A stretch of 64,000 nucleotides of DNA from Acidobacteriota bacterium (GCA_016933615.1 JAFGAO010000140.1:5320-69319), one strand, 5' to 3'; shown: positions 38,180 through 48,208, counted from the stretch's first letter. Notes: generated from the letters alone by a model not told the origin. Numbers and translations: made by a program.

Positions 38180-38384
38180 AATGTCGCTGCGGACCGTCGC
38201 TCCTTTTCCTGCAAGCCGCTCCGGGGCCATGCAGGCGGGGCGTTTCGGCGATCCTCTCGGCCCGGGATTCATCCCCAAGCGCCATGGCAAGCCCGAAATC
38301 CGCGATGCGGACCCGGCCATGCCCGTCAAGCAGGATGTCGGCCGGTTTCGGATCCCGGTGCAGCACGCCCCGCTCATGCGCCAC
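38180..38384 (-). pseudogene. Frameshifted internal remnant of a Hanks-type Ser/Thr kinase
   Basis: [12 protein letters not shown]...IADFGLA in one frame, then PACMAPE...TVRSDI in another (shift near 38240). Confidence 0.8.
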
Positions 38385-38402
38385 CGACAGTCCCGCTACC
38401 GG

Positions 38403-38969
38403 TTACCTGAATTTCCGGGGCCGGTACGTGTCTTTCCAAACCGGCGGCAGATTGCTGTCCGAGGTGATATACCGCTTTTTGAAGTACCAGCGCCCGTCGC
38501 GCTTCACGAGCTCGCTGTATTCGCGTCCCTGGTCCACCATCACGGGAGGTTTGGTTATGTCTTCGTTCAGGACGCCGCTCCAGATGGCCCATACCGTCGC
38601 GGTATCCCCGTCCACGCTGATGACCGGATTGTTGAGCAGCATGTGAAGTCTGCTGCCGACGTGGGCGTTCTCCTCATCCAGGCCGCCGTACATTTTCGCG
38701 ATAGCCTCGCGGCCTTTTGCGATCATTCCGTTGACATCGAAGACCGCATCCTCGGTGAAGTTCGCGGCAAGATCGTGGCCGGATCCCGACGATATGTCCA
38801 CGTAGTATCGTATAAGCATATCCTCAATCCGGATACGGTCCAGCAGTGTCTCCTCGGTTACGATTTTATCCCCGGCGACTGCCGGCGCCGCCGAAAAAAC
38901 CAGGATTGCCCCAATCACGACAAGGCAAAATGCGCCCGGTTTTGTTCCCGGGATGTTCTTGAAACTCAT
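38403..38969 (-). CDS. Secreted SnoaL/NTF2-like protein (paralog of 8645..9229)
   Basis: TLLDRIRIEDMLIRYY...DVNGMIAKGREAI...GRWYFKKR. Confidence 0.85.
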   Translation of the reverse strand: MSFKNIPGTKPGAFCLVVIGAILVFSAAPAVAGDKIVTEETLLDRIRIEDMLIRYYVDISSGSGHDLAANFTEDAVFDVNGMIAKGREAIAKMYGGLDEENAHVGSRLHMLLNNPVISVDGDTATVWAIWSGVLNEDITKPPVMVDQGREYSELVKRDGRWYFKKRYITSDSNLPPVWKDTYRPRKFR

Positions 38970-38980
38970 TTTCCCCTCCT

Positions 38981-40216
38981 TTACAAGCTGCAGTCATAAT
39001 AACCGCGGCACACATCAAAGCGCCCCAGCTGGGCGCCGCCCTCCCAGAGCTGTATGATCTTGCAATCGCGCCAGTATTTTTCCACGTCGTAATCCCTGAC
39101 GTAGCCGTAGGATCCCATCAGCTCCATGGCCTTGTTGGTAACCATGACGGCGACATCCGACGCATAGCATTTTGCGATGCTCGCCCTGGACAGCATGAAA
39201 TCGGAAGAAACGGGTCCGTAGGTTTCCGGATGGTCGTACATGTAAGCGGCCGCGAGATAGTATGTTCTCGCGGTTTCGATCCCGATCGCCATGTCCGCCA
39301 GGATCCCGGCGGCTATGGAGTGCCGGCGGATCGGCTTGTCCGCGACGATTCTTTCTCCCGTGTATTTCAATACCGTTTCAAAAGCTCCCTGGGCGTTTCC
39401 CACCGCCAAAGCCCCGGTATTGATTCGGGCCAACAGCACGTTGTTATGGAACAGCTCCGCATCCCGGCCCGGGCCGGCGGCGCGAAATTCCCTGGGCACG
39501 CGGACGTTTTCCAGATACATCATGCAGTTTTTGTCTCCCTGCATCCCGGCCTTGTTTTCAAACTTGCCGAAGGTAAGCCCCTCGCAGGAACCTGGGACGT
39601 AAACCAGGGCGATACCCTCATCCCCCGCATCGGGATCCGTGGTGCAAAGAACGCAGTAGGCGTCGGAAACCCCGCTGTTGGAAGCCCAGGCCTTCTGCCC
39701 GTTAAGGACCCATTCGTCCCCATCCAGGCGAGCCAGGGTCCTGATCTTTCGTCCCTGCAGGGAAGGATTCTCGATGTCGCAGCCGCCGCCGCCGTGCCTT
39801 CCTCCGGGCTCGGTCATGGCGAAACAGCCCATCTTGAGGCCGGGGCCGCAAAACATGGGGGCGAAATGATCCAGCACCGTTTTATTCCCCGCTAAAATAG
39901 CCGGAAGAAAAGCCCATGTGGTTACCGTCGCCGCCGTAGCGATACCGCTGTCGCCCCGGGCAAGCTCCTCATGCATGATGCCGGCCGAAACCACGGAAAT
40001 GCCGCCCCCACCCCCGTATTCCCTGGGAAAAGCCGCTTTCTGAACCCCCATATCCGTCAGGCCCTGAAGGATTCTGCCGACGATCCTGTGATCCCGGTCG
40101 TCGTCGACCCTCTGTCTCACGGGCATAATTTCCTTATCAACAAAGCCCCGAAACATATCCCTGGCCATGGGATCCTCTTCCCTGAGAAAAAGATCCAAAT
40201 ATTTATGATCCGTCAT
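38981..40216 (-). CDS. Acyl-CoA dehydrogenase
   Basis: CFAMTEPG, LNGQKAWASN, GSYGYVRDYDVEKYWRD...IWEG-like QLWEG. Confidence 0.93.
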   Translation of the reverse strand: MTDHKYLDLFLREEDPMARDMFRGFVDKEIMPVRQRVDDDRDHRIVGRILQGLTDMGVQKAAFPREYGGGGGISVVSAGIMHEELARGDSGIATAATVTTWAFLPAILAGNKTVLDHFAPMFCGPGLKMGCFAMTEPGGRHGGGGCDIENPSLQGRKIRTLARLDGDEWVLNGQKAWASNSGVSDAYCVLCTTDPDAGDEGIALVYVPGSCEGLTFGKFENKAGMQGDKNCMMYLENVRVPREFRAAGPGRDAELFHNNVLLARINTGALAVGNAQGAFETVLKYTGERIVADKPIRRHSIAAGILADMAIGIETARTYYLAAAYMYDHPETYGPVSSDFMLSRASIAKCYASDVAVMVTNKAMELMGSYGYVRDYDVEKYWRDCKIIQLWEGGAQLGRFDVCRGYYDCSL

Positions 40217-40486
40217 GTCTGCCGTGCCTCCTCCCGGAGGAAAAGCCCGCCCTGGAATTGAAAACCGGCGGCTTTCGTCCGGGACCGGGAAGATCTCCGC
40301 TTCGCTCCCATGCCTCCCATGGAAAACGGATGGATTTCCGTCAAAATGTTTTCTGGCAACTATTTTACTATTGGGGTTTGATTTTACTGCAGTTCAAAAA
40401 AAAGCGGTAATAATTCAAGTGCGCCGGGGCGATGGATCCGATATTTACGGCGGCGTTGCCGTTGAAATCCGCCCGTGCCCGCCCGG

Positions 40487-41698
40487 TCAGCTCCGCAGCC
40501 ACAGCCAGGCCGCAGCCGGAATAAGAGTTAGGAGAGTAACCGGTATCCCCACCTTCGCGTGTTCTTTCCATGTAACCGTAATCCCGCACAGCCGGGCCTG
40601 TTCGACCACAATGATATTGGCGATGCTCCCCACGATGATGAGATTTCCCGCCAGTGTGCTGGATAGGGCGAGGACAGCCCCGCTCATGGGATGTCTGGCC
40701 GCGGGAAGAAGCAGCATGGTCGCCGGTACGTTGGAAACCAGGTTGGACAGGACCGCCGTTATTCCAAAAAGCCATCCCGGCTGAACCGCATCGACCCCGA
40801 AACGTTCAAGCGCCTCCAGGACCGCGTCCAGCACCCCCGTGGATACCAGCACCGAATTCACGACAAACAGCCCGGAAAAAAGCACCAGCAGGGGCCAGTC
40901 CACCAGGCCCAGGAATTTCCTCGAGGCCATTCTGCGGCTGGCCAACAGAATCCCCGCCGCTGCAAGAGCCACAATCTCGCGCGGGAACGAAGTAAAGAGA
41001 AACATCGCGATCAGGCTTCCCAGCACGAAAAATCCTTTCCGCGTCTGCCATGCGTTGTAGGGCGGGGCTCCGGCTTCATCCGCCGGGGATTGCCCGGTCC
41101 AATCCGCTTCGATGCGCCGGCCGGTAACGGCCCAGACTGCAACAAGGCCCAGAAGAACGGGAACGCAGGCATCGAGGAGATACCCGGCGAAAGAAAGGGA
41201 AAGGGCCTGGCCGATCAGCATATTCTGGGGATTCCCGATCAGCGTCGCGGCGGAGCCGACATTGGACGCGCAGGCCAATGCCAGCAGGAACGGGACCGGG
41301 TTCAGGCGTCTCCGCACACAAATCCGGATCAACACGGGCGTCATCGCCAGGCATACGATGTCGTTTGCCAGGACGGCGGAGAGTGCGCCGGAACAGGCGA
41401 TCAGATATGCCAGGAACGCCTTCGGGGACGCTTCCATTTCCCCGAGGCGGCGTGTCAGGCGCGCATAAAAACCGCCCATCCGGAACTGTGCCGAAATGAC
41501 CATCAGTCCGAGAAGCAGGGCGATCGTGGAAACGTCGATGGACTGCCAGGCGTCTCCGGGCCGGATCCTCCCGGCGGCGACAAGGACAATCGCTCCCAAA
41601 AGCGCGATGCCCGTGCGATCCAGGGCCAGGCACGGGATCCGGCCGAGCATCATTCCGGCGTACACAAATGCGAATACGGCTATTACGATCGAATCCAT
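40487..41698 (-). CDS. ArsB/NhaD-superfamily anion transporter (YbiR-like)
   Basis: AVLANDIVC, ASNVGSAATLIGNPQN, SNLVSNVPA, AGNLIIVGSIAN. Confidence 0.9.
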   Translation of the reverse strand: MDSIVIAVFAFVYAGMMLGRIPCLALDRTGIALLGAIVLVAAGRIRPGDAWQSIDVSTIALLLGLMVISAQFRMGGFYARLTRRLGEMEASPKAFLAYLIACSGALSAVLANDIVCLAMTPVLIRICVRRRLNPVPFLLALACASNVGSAATLIGNPQNMLIGQALSLSFAGYLLDACVPVLLGLVAVWAVTGRRIEADWTGQSPADEAGAPPYNAWQTRKGFFVLGSLIAMFLFTSFPREIVALAAAGILLASRRMASRKFLGLVDWPLLVLFSGLFVVNSVLVSTGVLDAVLEALERFGVDAVQPGWLFGITAVLSNLVSNVPATMLLLPAARHPMSGAVLALSSTLAGNLIIVGSIANIIVVEQARLCGITVTWKEHAKVGIPVTLLTLIPAAAWLWLRS

Positions 41699-41783
41699 CG
41701 TATTTCATCCGGGGGATCCTCCAATCCGCAGTCCGGCCAATCCCCCCCAGGCCGAACCTTCCGGCCGTTTCCCCCGCATCCGG

Positions 41784-42716
41784 TCAGGGCCAGAGGCGAT
41801 ACAGGTAAACTCCGTAAAGCACGAGCAGCATCAACCCTTCCAGACGGGTAATCCTGTATCCGGTCCGGATCAAAGGGAGCAGGAACAAGGTCAGAACAAC
41901 CATGGCTCCCAGATCGAACATGCCGATGTTTTCAACGTGAACGGGAGAAATCCATGCCGTCAGGCCGAGAATCGACAGGATATTGAAGATGTTGGAACCC
42001 AGGATGTTGCCGACCGCGATGTCCTCCTCCTTCCTCACGGCCGCCATCACCGAAGTGGCCAGCTCCGGAAGGCTCGTTCCGGCGGCGACGATCGTCAATC
42101 CTATGATCGCTTCCGAAACCTGAAACCGTTCCGCCAGTCCCACGGCCCCGTCGACAAAAAGCCGGGAACCCAGCACCAGGCCGAATAAACCTCCCAGAAT
42201 GAATAAAATTTGCAGGCCGAGCGGGCCCTTTTTGCGTTCCTCCAATGCGGAACTATGAAATTTTTCGGCTTCTTTTTTCCCGTAGAGAATGGTGAAAACC
42301 GTGTACCCGACGATGCCGCAGAAAAGAGCCGCCCCTTCCAGGCGGCCGACCCTGTCATCCCAAAGCAGCACCGGAACCAGAAGGGTCGCGGCCACCACGA
42401 TCGGCATGTCGATTCTCAGTATTTTCAGGTTTGCTTTCAGCGGGCGAATCAGCGCCGCGAGCCCCAGGATAACGGCGATGTTGAACAGGTTGGACCCGAC
42501 GACATTCCCGACTGCGATATCCCCCGATCCGCGCATGTTCGAAGAAATGCTGACAACCATCTCCGGGGCGCTGGTTCCGAACGCGACCACCGTCAATCCG
42601 ACGACAAGCGCAGGAACCTTGAGATGCAATGCCAGTTTGGAGCTCCCGCTTACGAGCAGCTCCGCACCCGCCGCGAGAAGAGCCAGCCCTGCGGCGATCA
42701 AAAGAAATATTCCCAT
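41784..42716 (-). CDS. Calcium/sodium antiporter (CaCA, YrbG-like)
   Basis: Two alpha repeats GTSAPE...GNVVGSN and GTSLPE...GNILGSN. Confidence 0.93.
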   Translation of the reverse strand: MGIFLLIAAGLALLAAGAELLVSGSSKLALHLKVPALVVGLTVVAFGTSAPEMVVSISSNMRGSGDIAVGNVVGSNLFNIAVILGLAALIRPLKANLKILRIDMPIVVAATLLVPVLLWDDRVGRLEGAALFCGIVGYTVFTILYGKKEAEKFHSSALEERKKGPLGLQILFILGGLFGLVLGSRLFVDGAVGLAERFQVSEAIIGLTIVAAGTSLPELATSVMAAVRKEEDIAVGNILGSNIFNILSILGLTAWISPVHVENIGMFDLGAMVVLTLFLLPLIRTGYRITRLEGLMLLVLYGVYLYRLWP

Positions 42717-42830
42717 AGATTCTTTCGATCCAATACGCGTCGAATTCCGGGTTTAAGGCCGCGGATCGCGCCTTTTTTCATCCATCAACAATATACAAAG
42801 AACTTAGGCCAGGCAAGCCCGGCGGCGGAA

Positions 42831-42923
42831 CCCTAAAAACGCCCTAAGACCCAGTGGCGAGTGCTCCCATAACCGAAACCCTTCTACGCCGCTGTTTTTT
42901 GCGGCCTTAGAGCGTTTTTAGGG
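42831..42923. repeat. 18-bp inverted repeat (17/18 match) enclosing 57 bp
   Basis: CCCTAAAAACGCCCTAAG (42831-42848) and CTTAGAGCGTTTTTAGGG (42906-42923). Confidence 0.65.
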
Positions 42924-43088
42924 CGGAAACGCCGCGCTGGAAAAGCGCCTTAATCCACACGGCACATCGGAACCGCCCCGTGAAAAAGCGATAAAAACCC
43001 GGAAAGAGCGCACCGGGCTCACGGGGCCCTGAATGCATATCGGGAACATCCGGAGGAGGGGCACGAAGGGGGGACCGAACCGGGCCAT

Positions 43089-43649
43089 TCACTTCGGTTC
43101 TATATCGATGTTTACCCTGGCTCCGTGGATGAGCGTATTGTATACGGGTGAAAATTGGCTCAGCTTCTTCAGCAGTTTCAGGTTTTCGGTATCCGTCTTC
43201 ACCCTGAACTTCATGCGGATGTCCGTATAACCCTTGGGCACGTCAGGGTCGAGGCCCAGGAACCCGTTCAGGTCGATGTCGCCTTCCAGCTCCGATTCCA
43301 TTTCCTCTATAGGGATCCCTTTGACAGCTGCGTGGGCGACAAGGGACGTTGTCACGCAGCTCGCGAGCGCATGGAGCAGATGCTCCACCGGGTTTGCGGC
43401 GTTGTCCCCCCCGGCCAGAATCGGCGGTTCGTCGGCGTGCATTTCAAAATCATGCTTATGGCGCTGTTCGCTTTTGGCGCCGTAAAAATCTGTAACCGTC
43501 GTGCAGTTGTGATTCCCCTCAACCCATTTGTTCCGGGCGCGGAATCTGCATTTGCCGAGCCCGGGATCCTTCCGGATCGCTTGCACCGTCTCGGCGAGGA
43601 CACTCAAATCAATTCCGTTGACACGGTCCGTCGTTATTTCTGTAGCCAT
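43089..43649 (-). CDS. OsmC/Ohr family protein
   Basis: ADEPPILAGGDNAANPVEHLLHALASC, LEGDIDL, SPVYNT. Start uncertain (43649 or 43658). Confidence 0.88.
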   Translation of the reverse strand: MATEITTDRVNGIDLSVLAETVQAIRKDPGLGKCRFRARNKWVEGNHNCTTVTDFYGAKSEQRHKHDFEMHADEPPILAGGDNAANPVEHLLHALASCVTTSLVAHAAVKGIPIEEMESELEGDIDLNGFLGLDPDVPKGYTDIRMKFRVKTDTENLKLLKKLSQFSPVYNTLIHGARVNIDIEPK

Positions 43650-43985
43650 TGTTTCCATCCTTTCAAGAAATCCAACCTCGGCGGGGGCTTGTATTTTCAA
43701 GTGGATATCGACGGCTATCGCTAGGCCCATTCATACAAGCCGCCTCCTTTTTTTTTGGAACCAGCCAATTGTCGAATGCCTGCATCTCCGGGATATTCCC
43801 GGGATTCCGGGCATTATTTTGAAAATTCTTGAAATGTCATAGACGCTATTTATTATTTTCTAATGGTCTACAACATTGATGATCTTTGTTTCCAATTTAG
43901 TTTCTATGCGGCGGGATATCAATAGGTTCAAATACCCATTTCTGTTTGGGTAAAAATGCGGATCCCGGGATCATGAAGAGGTCCT

Positions 43986-44090
43986 TCATGCCGGGGATTC
44001 ATAAAACTTTCCTTCCGGGACATCCTCATCGGGACATTCAGGCCCGCATGCACCGCAGCGGATGCAATCTTCATTAACGGGGCATGCCGT
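43986..44090 (-). pseudogene. Degraded 2[4Fe-4S] ferredoxin remnant
   Basis: AAGGGGG-7nt-ACG (former ATG), then ACPVNEDCIRCGACGPECP. The second cluster motif is lost. Confidence 0.65.
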
Positions 44091-44164
44091 GATTTTTCCC
44101 CCTTTTTCGGCCGCAGCCGTCATTCCGTCTGTTCCGTGACGCGGGGATATTTTCCGGGGAACCG

Positions 44165-44614
44165 CTAAAGATGATAATCCCCCGCAGCTTCCGGCTGGTA
44201 CAAGATCTCCTCGACCTTCAGTCGCCTCAATCCGGCGGGGACGTTCCATTCGATGATATCCCCAACCCGATATCCGATTAAGGCGGTTCCAATGGGCGCC
44301 AAAATGGAGATCTTCCGGTTCTGAATATCGGCATAACGCGGAAATACCAGCGTATAAGTGATTTCCTCGCCCGTATCCTCGTCCTTTAGGCGGATCTTCG
44401 AATTCATCGTAATCACGTCATGGGGGATCTCTTCCGGCGATACGATCTCCGCCCGCTCCAATTCTTCCGACAATTTCTGCAGGTGGTGTTTATCGCGACT
44501 TTGCGGATTCGCTTGTTGAATAAGAGCCTGGAGCCGATCAAGATCGAATTCAGTGATGTAAATGCCCGGTTTCCTCTCTGACGATTGCACTTTCCCTCCT
44601 CCTTGACAGATCAT
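44165..44614 (-). CDS. rnk: Regulator of nucleoside diphosphate kinase (GreA/B family)
   Basis: IYITEFDLDRL, DVITMNS, ISILAPIGTALIG, YQPEAAG. Confidence 0.9.
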   Translation of the reverse strand: MICQGGGKVQSSERKPGIYITEFDLDRLQALIQQANPQSRDKHHLQKLSEELERAEIVSPEEIPHDVITMNSKIRLKDEDTGEEITYTLVFPRYADIQNRKISILAPIGTALIGYRVGDIIEWNVPAGLRRLKVEEILYQPEAAGDYHL

Positions 44615-44653
44615 TCATGCGGAATCTTTCGAATGCCTGTCCTGCACATAAGC

Positions 44654-45097
44654 TTATCCCGTCGTTTTTTCAGGGCCTGCAAGTTCGCCGAGCCATAAAG
44701 CAACCTTGTCGAGGAGTCTCTGCTCCTCATACAGAAAGGGCTTTTCATCGTCAGGCACCGGTTCCGGCAGCAGGTACACTTCCAACATTCCGATTTGCAA
44801 TTCTTCTTTGCCGATGGGGGCCGATTGTTTCAGCGATGATTGCTGAAAACGCGGCGATTTGTAATCCCGCTCTCCCAGGATGATACGGGTACACCTCACC
44901 TTCGGATGCTGCCATCCGTATGGCATTTCCCTGACAATGAAATCAAGCTTCTGGTCTATAGAGTCCTTTCCGGTCAGGGAAGCCGTTATCGCACAAAGGC
45001 ATTCAAGCTCCTTGACTCGTTCATTCAAATCTTTAGTCCGCTTCCTAAGGGCTCCTTCAAGCCACCCGCATTCACGAATCTTTGCCTGCAAGGCCAT
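44654..45097 (-). CDS. Stand-alone GAF-like sensory fragment (possibly pseudogene)
   Basis: LNERVKELECL...GWQHP...LEVY...PFLYEEQRLL is typical of signalling-protein input modules. No output domain. Confidence 0.55.
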   Translation of the reverse strand: MALQAKIRECGWLEGALRKRTKDLNERVKELECLCAITASLTGKDSIDQKLDFIVREMPYGWQHPKVRCTRIILGERDYKSPRFQQSSLKQSAPIGKEELQIGMLEVYLLPEPVPDDEKPFLYEEQRLLDKVALWLGELAGPEKTTG

Positions 45098-45529
45098 TAT
45101 TTCTTCTTGCGCTTCCTTTTATGCCAGCTCCAAATTTTTTTCTTGCCCGGCATCTGAAGAAGCGGGCCGGGATTTCTTCCATCGAGTAAAATCGCGACAT
45201 CTCATCTGCAATGCACCTCTTCAAACCGCGGCAACCCATTCCATGGCTGCGGGATCCCCATTGAAAAGACTTACCGCCAGGCTTACGGGATACTATAAAA
45301 ATATAACACAATCAGGAATTCAGCATCTTGAGTGCCACGGGGAAAATGAATGCCCGTCTTAGAACCTCGTTCCCTATGGAATCCCGCCTTCTTGTTTCCG
45401 ACAAAAAATCGTGGTCCTTATGTCGATCCTCAATTATTGCAGTCCGCGAGATCGATAGTGAGAGGTACGGGTTGGGCAGAAATCAAAGGTTATCCCTGCC
45501 GGGCAAACCGGACCTTCCCGAAAGGCATC

Positions 45530-45555
45530 CGGAAAGAGGTGAGAATCGAACTCCC
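45530..45555 (-). other. tRNA 3'-end-like fragment with tRNA-Sec 8/5 geometry (possible att remnant)
   Basis: Minus strand reads GGGAG-TTCGATT-CTCAC-CTCTTTCC-G. No 5' half in the flank. Confidence 0.35.
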
Positions 45556-45580
45556 AGCCATATCAATTCCGGTTTCCCCG

Positions 45581-46195
45581 CTAGGCCGTTTTACGGATTT
45601 CCATGATGGACGAAGAGACGACCCGAATGGAAGAACGTATCAGCAGCAGCGCCAGGCAAATCGCCACAACAATATCGGGCCAGACGGAGCCGGTCATCCA
45701 GACCCCTCCCGCCGCGGCGAAGACCGAAAGATTTGATGCAATATCGTTTCGCGAGCATTCCCACACGGAACTCATGTTCAAATCCTCATGCCTGTGCCGC
45801 CAGAGCAGGTAAAGGCAGAGGGAGTTCGCGATAAGCCCTAAAACGCTGAATGCGCCCATAACCTCGAAGACGGGCACTTCGGGTTCGTAAAATTTATAGA
45901 CTATCTGCGAAATAACGGCGCACGCGGCCAGAAATATCAGGCAACCCTTGAAAAGCGCCACCTTCGCCTTGACCGCAGCGCCCCTGGAAACGGCGTAAAG
46001 ACTGAGGCCGTAGGTCAAAGCGTCTCCAAGATTGTCCAGGCTGTCGGCAAGCAATGCGGCGGATTTGCCGTAAAGCGCCGCCGACGCAATCACCAGGAAC
46101 ATGACGCCGTTGACGGCGAGCACGATTCGCAGCGTTCCTCTCTGTCCTGCGAGGAGAGCATCGATAGTGCAACCGTCATCGCAGCAGTCTTTCAT
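45581..46195 (-). CDS. Cation diffusion facilitator (CzcD-like, TM domain only)
   Basis: [31 protein letters not shown]. Cys-rich N-terminus. Confidence 0.88.
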   Translation of the reverse strand: MKDCCDDGCTIDALLAGQRGTLRIVLAVNGVMFLVIASAALYGKSAALLADSLDNLGDALTYGLSLYAVSRGAAVKAKVALFKGCLIFLAACAVISQIVYKFYEPEVPVFEVMGAFSVLGLIANSLCLYLLWRHRHEDLNMSSVWECSRNDIASNLSVFAAAGGVWMTGSVWPDIVVAICLALLLIRSSIRVVSSSIMEIRKTA

Positions 46196-47657
46196 TCTCT
46201 CCGCCTTTCTTGATTCCGCGACCGGCGGCGGAATCGTTCCATTTCAGGGCAGCGACCTGACCCTGCCGCGCCAGGTCGGCCGCTTCCCCCAGTATGCGCG
46301 CCGCTTCCTGGGGCGCATGAAAACCCATGGAGTTCTCGGCCGCAATGAAATCGAGCCGCCACTGCGCCTTGCGCTGCAACTCCAGGGCCGGGGCCAGTTG
46401 AGCCCCGGATGCGCCGGAAGCTTTTGCTTCCAGGATCGCATCGATCAGGTCGACCGCCGCCGCGCCCGCGTTCTGCAGCAGCCGGTAGTTGCTGTCCTGA
46501 ATATCCGCCACTCTTGCGCCGATCTCGCCTTCAGAGAACTTGTGGCAGGTCTGGCAGGCTCTGTTGATGTTCAGAAGCGGACTGCGCACCCAATGGTCGG
46601 AGACTTTGGCCGCCCCGTCCCGCACATAGGGCATGTGGCAGTCCGCGCAGGCCACCCCGCTCCAGGCATGGATTCCCCTGCTCCACAGCTCGAATTCCGG
46701 GTGCTGCGCCTTGAGAACGGGCGCTCCCGTCTCCGCGTGCCTGTAGTCAAAGAATCTTTGGCCGTCTTCCAGTACGGTTCCTTCCCAGAACTTTTCAGTC
46801 TCTTCGACCGAAAGCCCGTTGCCCCAGGGGTAGGTGAGCTTGAAAGCGCTCGAGCAGTAATACTCCACATGGCATTGCGCGCACACGAGCGTGCGCATTT
46901 CCGTCCTGGTCGCATCGCGGTTGATGTCGTAGGGCCGTTCCTTCGAACCTTCGCGCCACCGCTGCACCGAAGGCATGAACGGCACTTCGCCGTCCCCGGA
47001 GGCGAGCGCTTCCATCGCCTGCAAAAGCGCGGGACGCGTAACCCGCAGTTCCATGGAATCCGGGTCGTGGCAATCGACGCAGGAAACCGGGTTTGCATGG
47101 CCCATGTCGTGAAGCATTTTATTGGCATCCTGATAGGGCATCGCGTACGTCTTTTCAAAACCGGCTGTCGCATCTCCATCGCCCAGTTTGCGGTAGAGCG
47201 GCATCACCGAAGCGTGGCAGTGCAGGCAGGAAGCGGACTGGGGCCGGGTCAATCGCCGGGTCCGCTCCTGGTCCTCGAGCATGTAGGCGTGGCCGCGGCG
47301 GTCCCGGTAATCGATGGAGAAGGCGTACCCCAAAAAGATTCTTTTCAGCCAGGGATCGCGCTCTATCTTCTCTTCGGGCAGCGCTTCGCTTCCGCCGTGG
47401 CCGCCGTAGCGCGTTGCGGTGTGCCGGGCCGTCAGCCTGTAGGTATCGTATTGCCTGGGCCAATTTTTCCCCCACTCCTGCGGATCGGTCGTATCTTCGC
47501 CGACCTCGACGACGCGGACGAACGGAGTCCTCTCCTCCACTTTTTTCTCGAATATGTTCAGCAGCAGTGCCGTCACCAGCGCCGTAGCACCTATGGCGAG
47601 GGCCACAAGCGCCGCATAGGGCCACATTCGTGAAGACGGGTTTGCTGATCCGGTCAT
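46176..47657 (-). CDS. nrfA: Pentaheme cytochrome c nitrite reductase (ammonia-forming), CxxCH heme-1 variant
   Basis: Five motifs CLHCH, CVDCH, CAQCH, CADCH, CQTCH. Also [29 protein letters not shown]. Confidence 0.93.
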   Translation of the reverse strand: MTGSANPSSRMWPYAALVALAIGATALVTALLLNIFEKKVEERTPFVRVVEVGEDTTDPQEWGKNWPRQYDTYRLTARHTATRYGGHGGSEALPEEKIERDPWLKRIFLGYAFSIDYRDRRGHAYMLEDQERTRRLTRPQSASCLHCHASVMPLYRKLGDGDATAGFEKTYAMPYQDANKMLHDMGHANPVSCVDCHDPDSMELRVTRPALLQAMEALASGDGEVPFMPSVQRWREGSKERPYDINRDATRTEMRTLVCAQCHVEYYCSSAFKLTYPWGNGLSVEETEKFWEGTVLEDGQRFFDYRHAETGAPVLKAQHPEFELWSRGIHAWSGVACADCHMPYVRDGAAKVSDHWVRSPLLNINRACQTCHKFSEGEIGARVADIQDSNYRLLQNAGAAAVDLIDAILEAKASGASGAQLAPALELQRKAQWRLDFIAAENSMGFHAPQEAARILGEAADLARQGQVAALKWNDSAAGRGIKKGGENERLLR

Positions 47658-48166
47658 CGTTCCTCCATTTTCCCATCGAGTTCTTCGGCAGGGGTGCGCA
47701 TCGGCCCTCCAAGCCCGGCAGCCTCTCCGTGGCCGACGGCATCGTGGCAGCGAACGCAGCGGGGCGCCCCCTCGGTATATGCGAACGATTCCGCGCTCAG
47801 CAGGTCGGCATGGCAGCGCAGGCAGTTGTTCTGCAGTATTTCGATATTCTTCGGCTTGATCATAATCGGTTCATGAAAATTCTGCATCGTGAACCCTTTG
47901 GAATGGCTCCAGCCGTTTTCGGCCTTTACGAAATATTTAACGGGGAATTCCGCGGGCAGATGGCAGTCCGCGCAGGTCGCGGCGGTGTGATGGCTGGCTT
48001 TCTGCCACGCGTCATATTGAGGACGCATGATGTGACAGTGGACGCAGGCGGCCGGATCCGTGCTCAGATAAGACAGGCCCTCGGCATAATGCAGGGTTAT
48101 CCCTCCCAGGCCTAGCAACACCCCCAGAAGCGTGAAAGCCGTGATCCGGAGCGCCTTCGTTTTCAA
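47654..48166 (-). CDS. nrfH: Tetraheme quinol dehydrogenase NrfH
   Basis: N-terminal TM helix, four CxxCH motifs, 4-nt overlap with nrfA. Confidence 0.93.
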   Translation of the reverse strand: MKTKALRITAFTLLGVLLGLGGITLHYAEGLSYLSTDPAACVHCHIMRPQYDAWQKASHHTAATCADCHLPAEFPVKYFVKAENGWSHSKGFTMQNFHEPIMIKPKNIEILQNNCLRCHADLLSAESFAYTEGAPRCVRCHDAVGHGEAAGLGGPMRTPAEELDGKMEER

Positions 48167-48208
48167 TGAGCCGTCCCCCCTGCGAACCGATCCATGGCTG
48201 GAAGCGAT

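Noticed and set aside
43986-43988. TGA ending the ferredoxin remnant as a possible Sec codon
   Set aside because: It is not at a Cys-homologous position, downstream codons show no ferredoxin similarity, and there is no SECIS-like hairpin.
45497-45535. c-di-GMP-I riboswitch-like GGCAAACC...GAAA...GG
   Set aside because: The following GACGCAAAG and P2 stem are missing, and orientation and context do not fit.
45556-45600. Complete tRNA-Sec gene
   Set aside because: No GGAAAGAG 5' acceptor strand, D-arm, UCA anticodon loop or variable arm upstream of the T-arm-like fragment.
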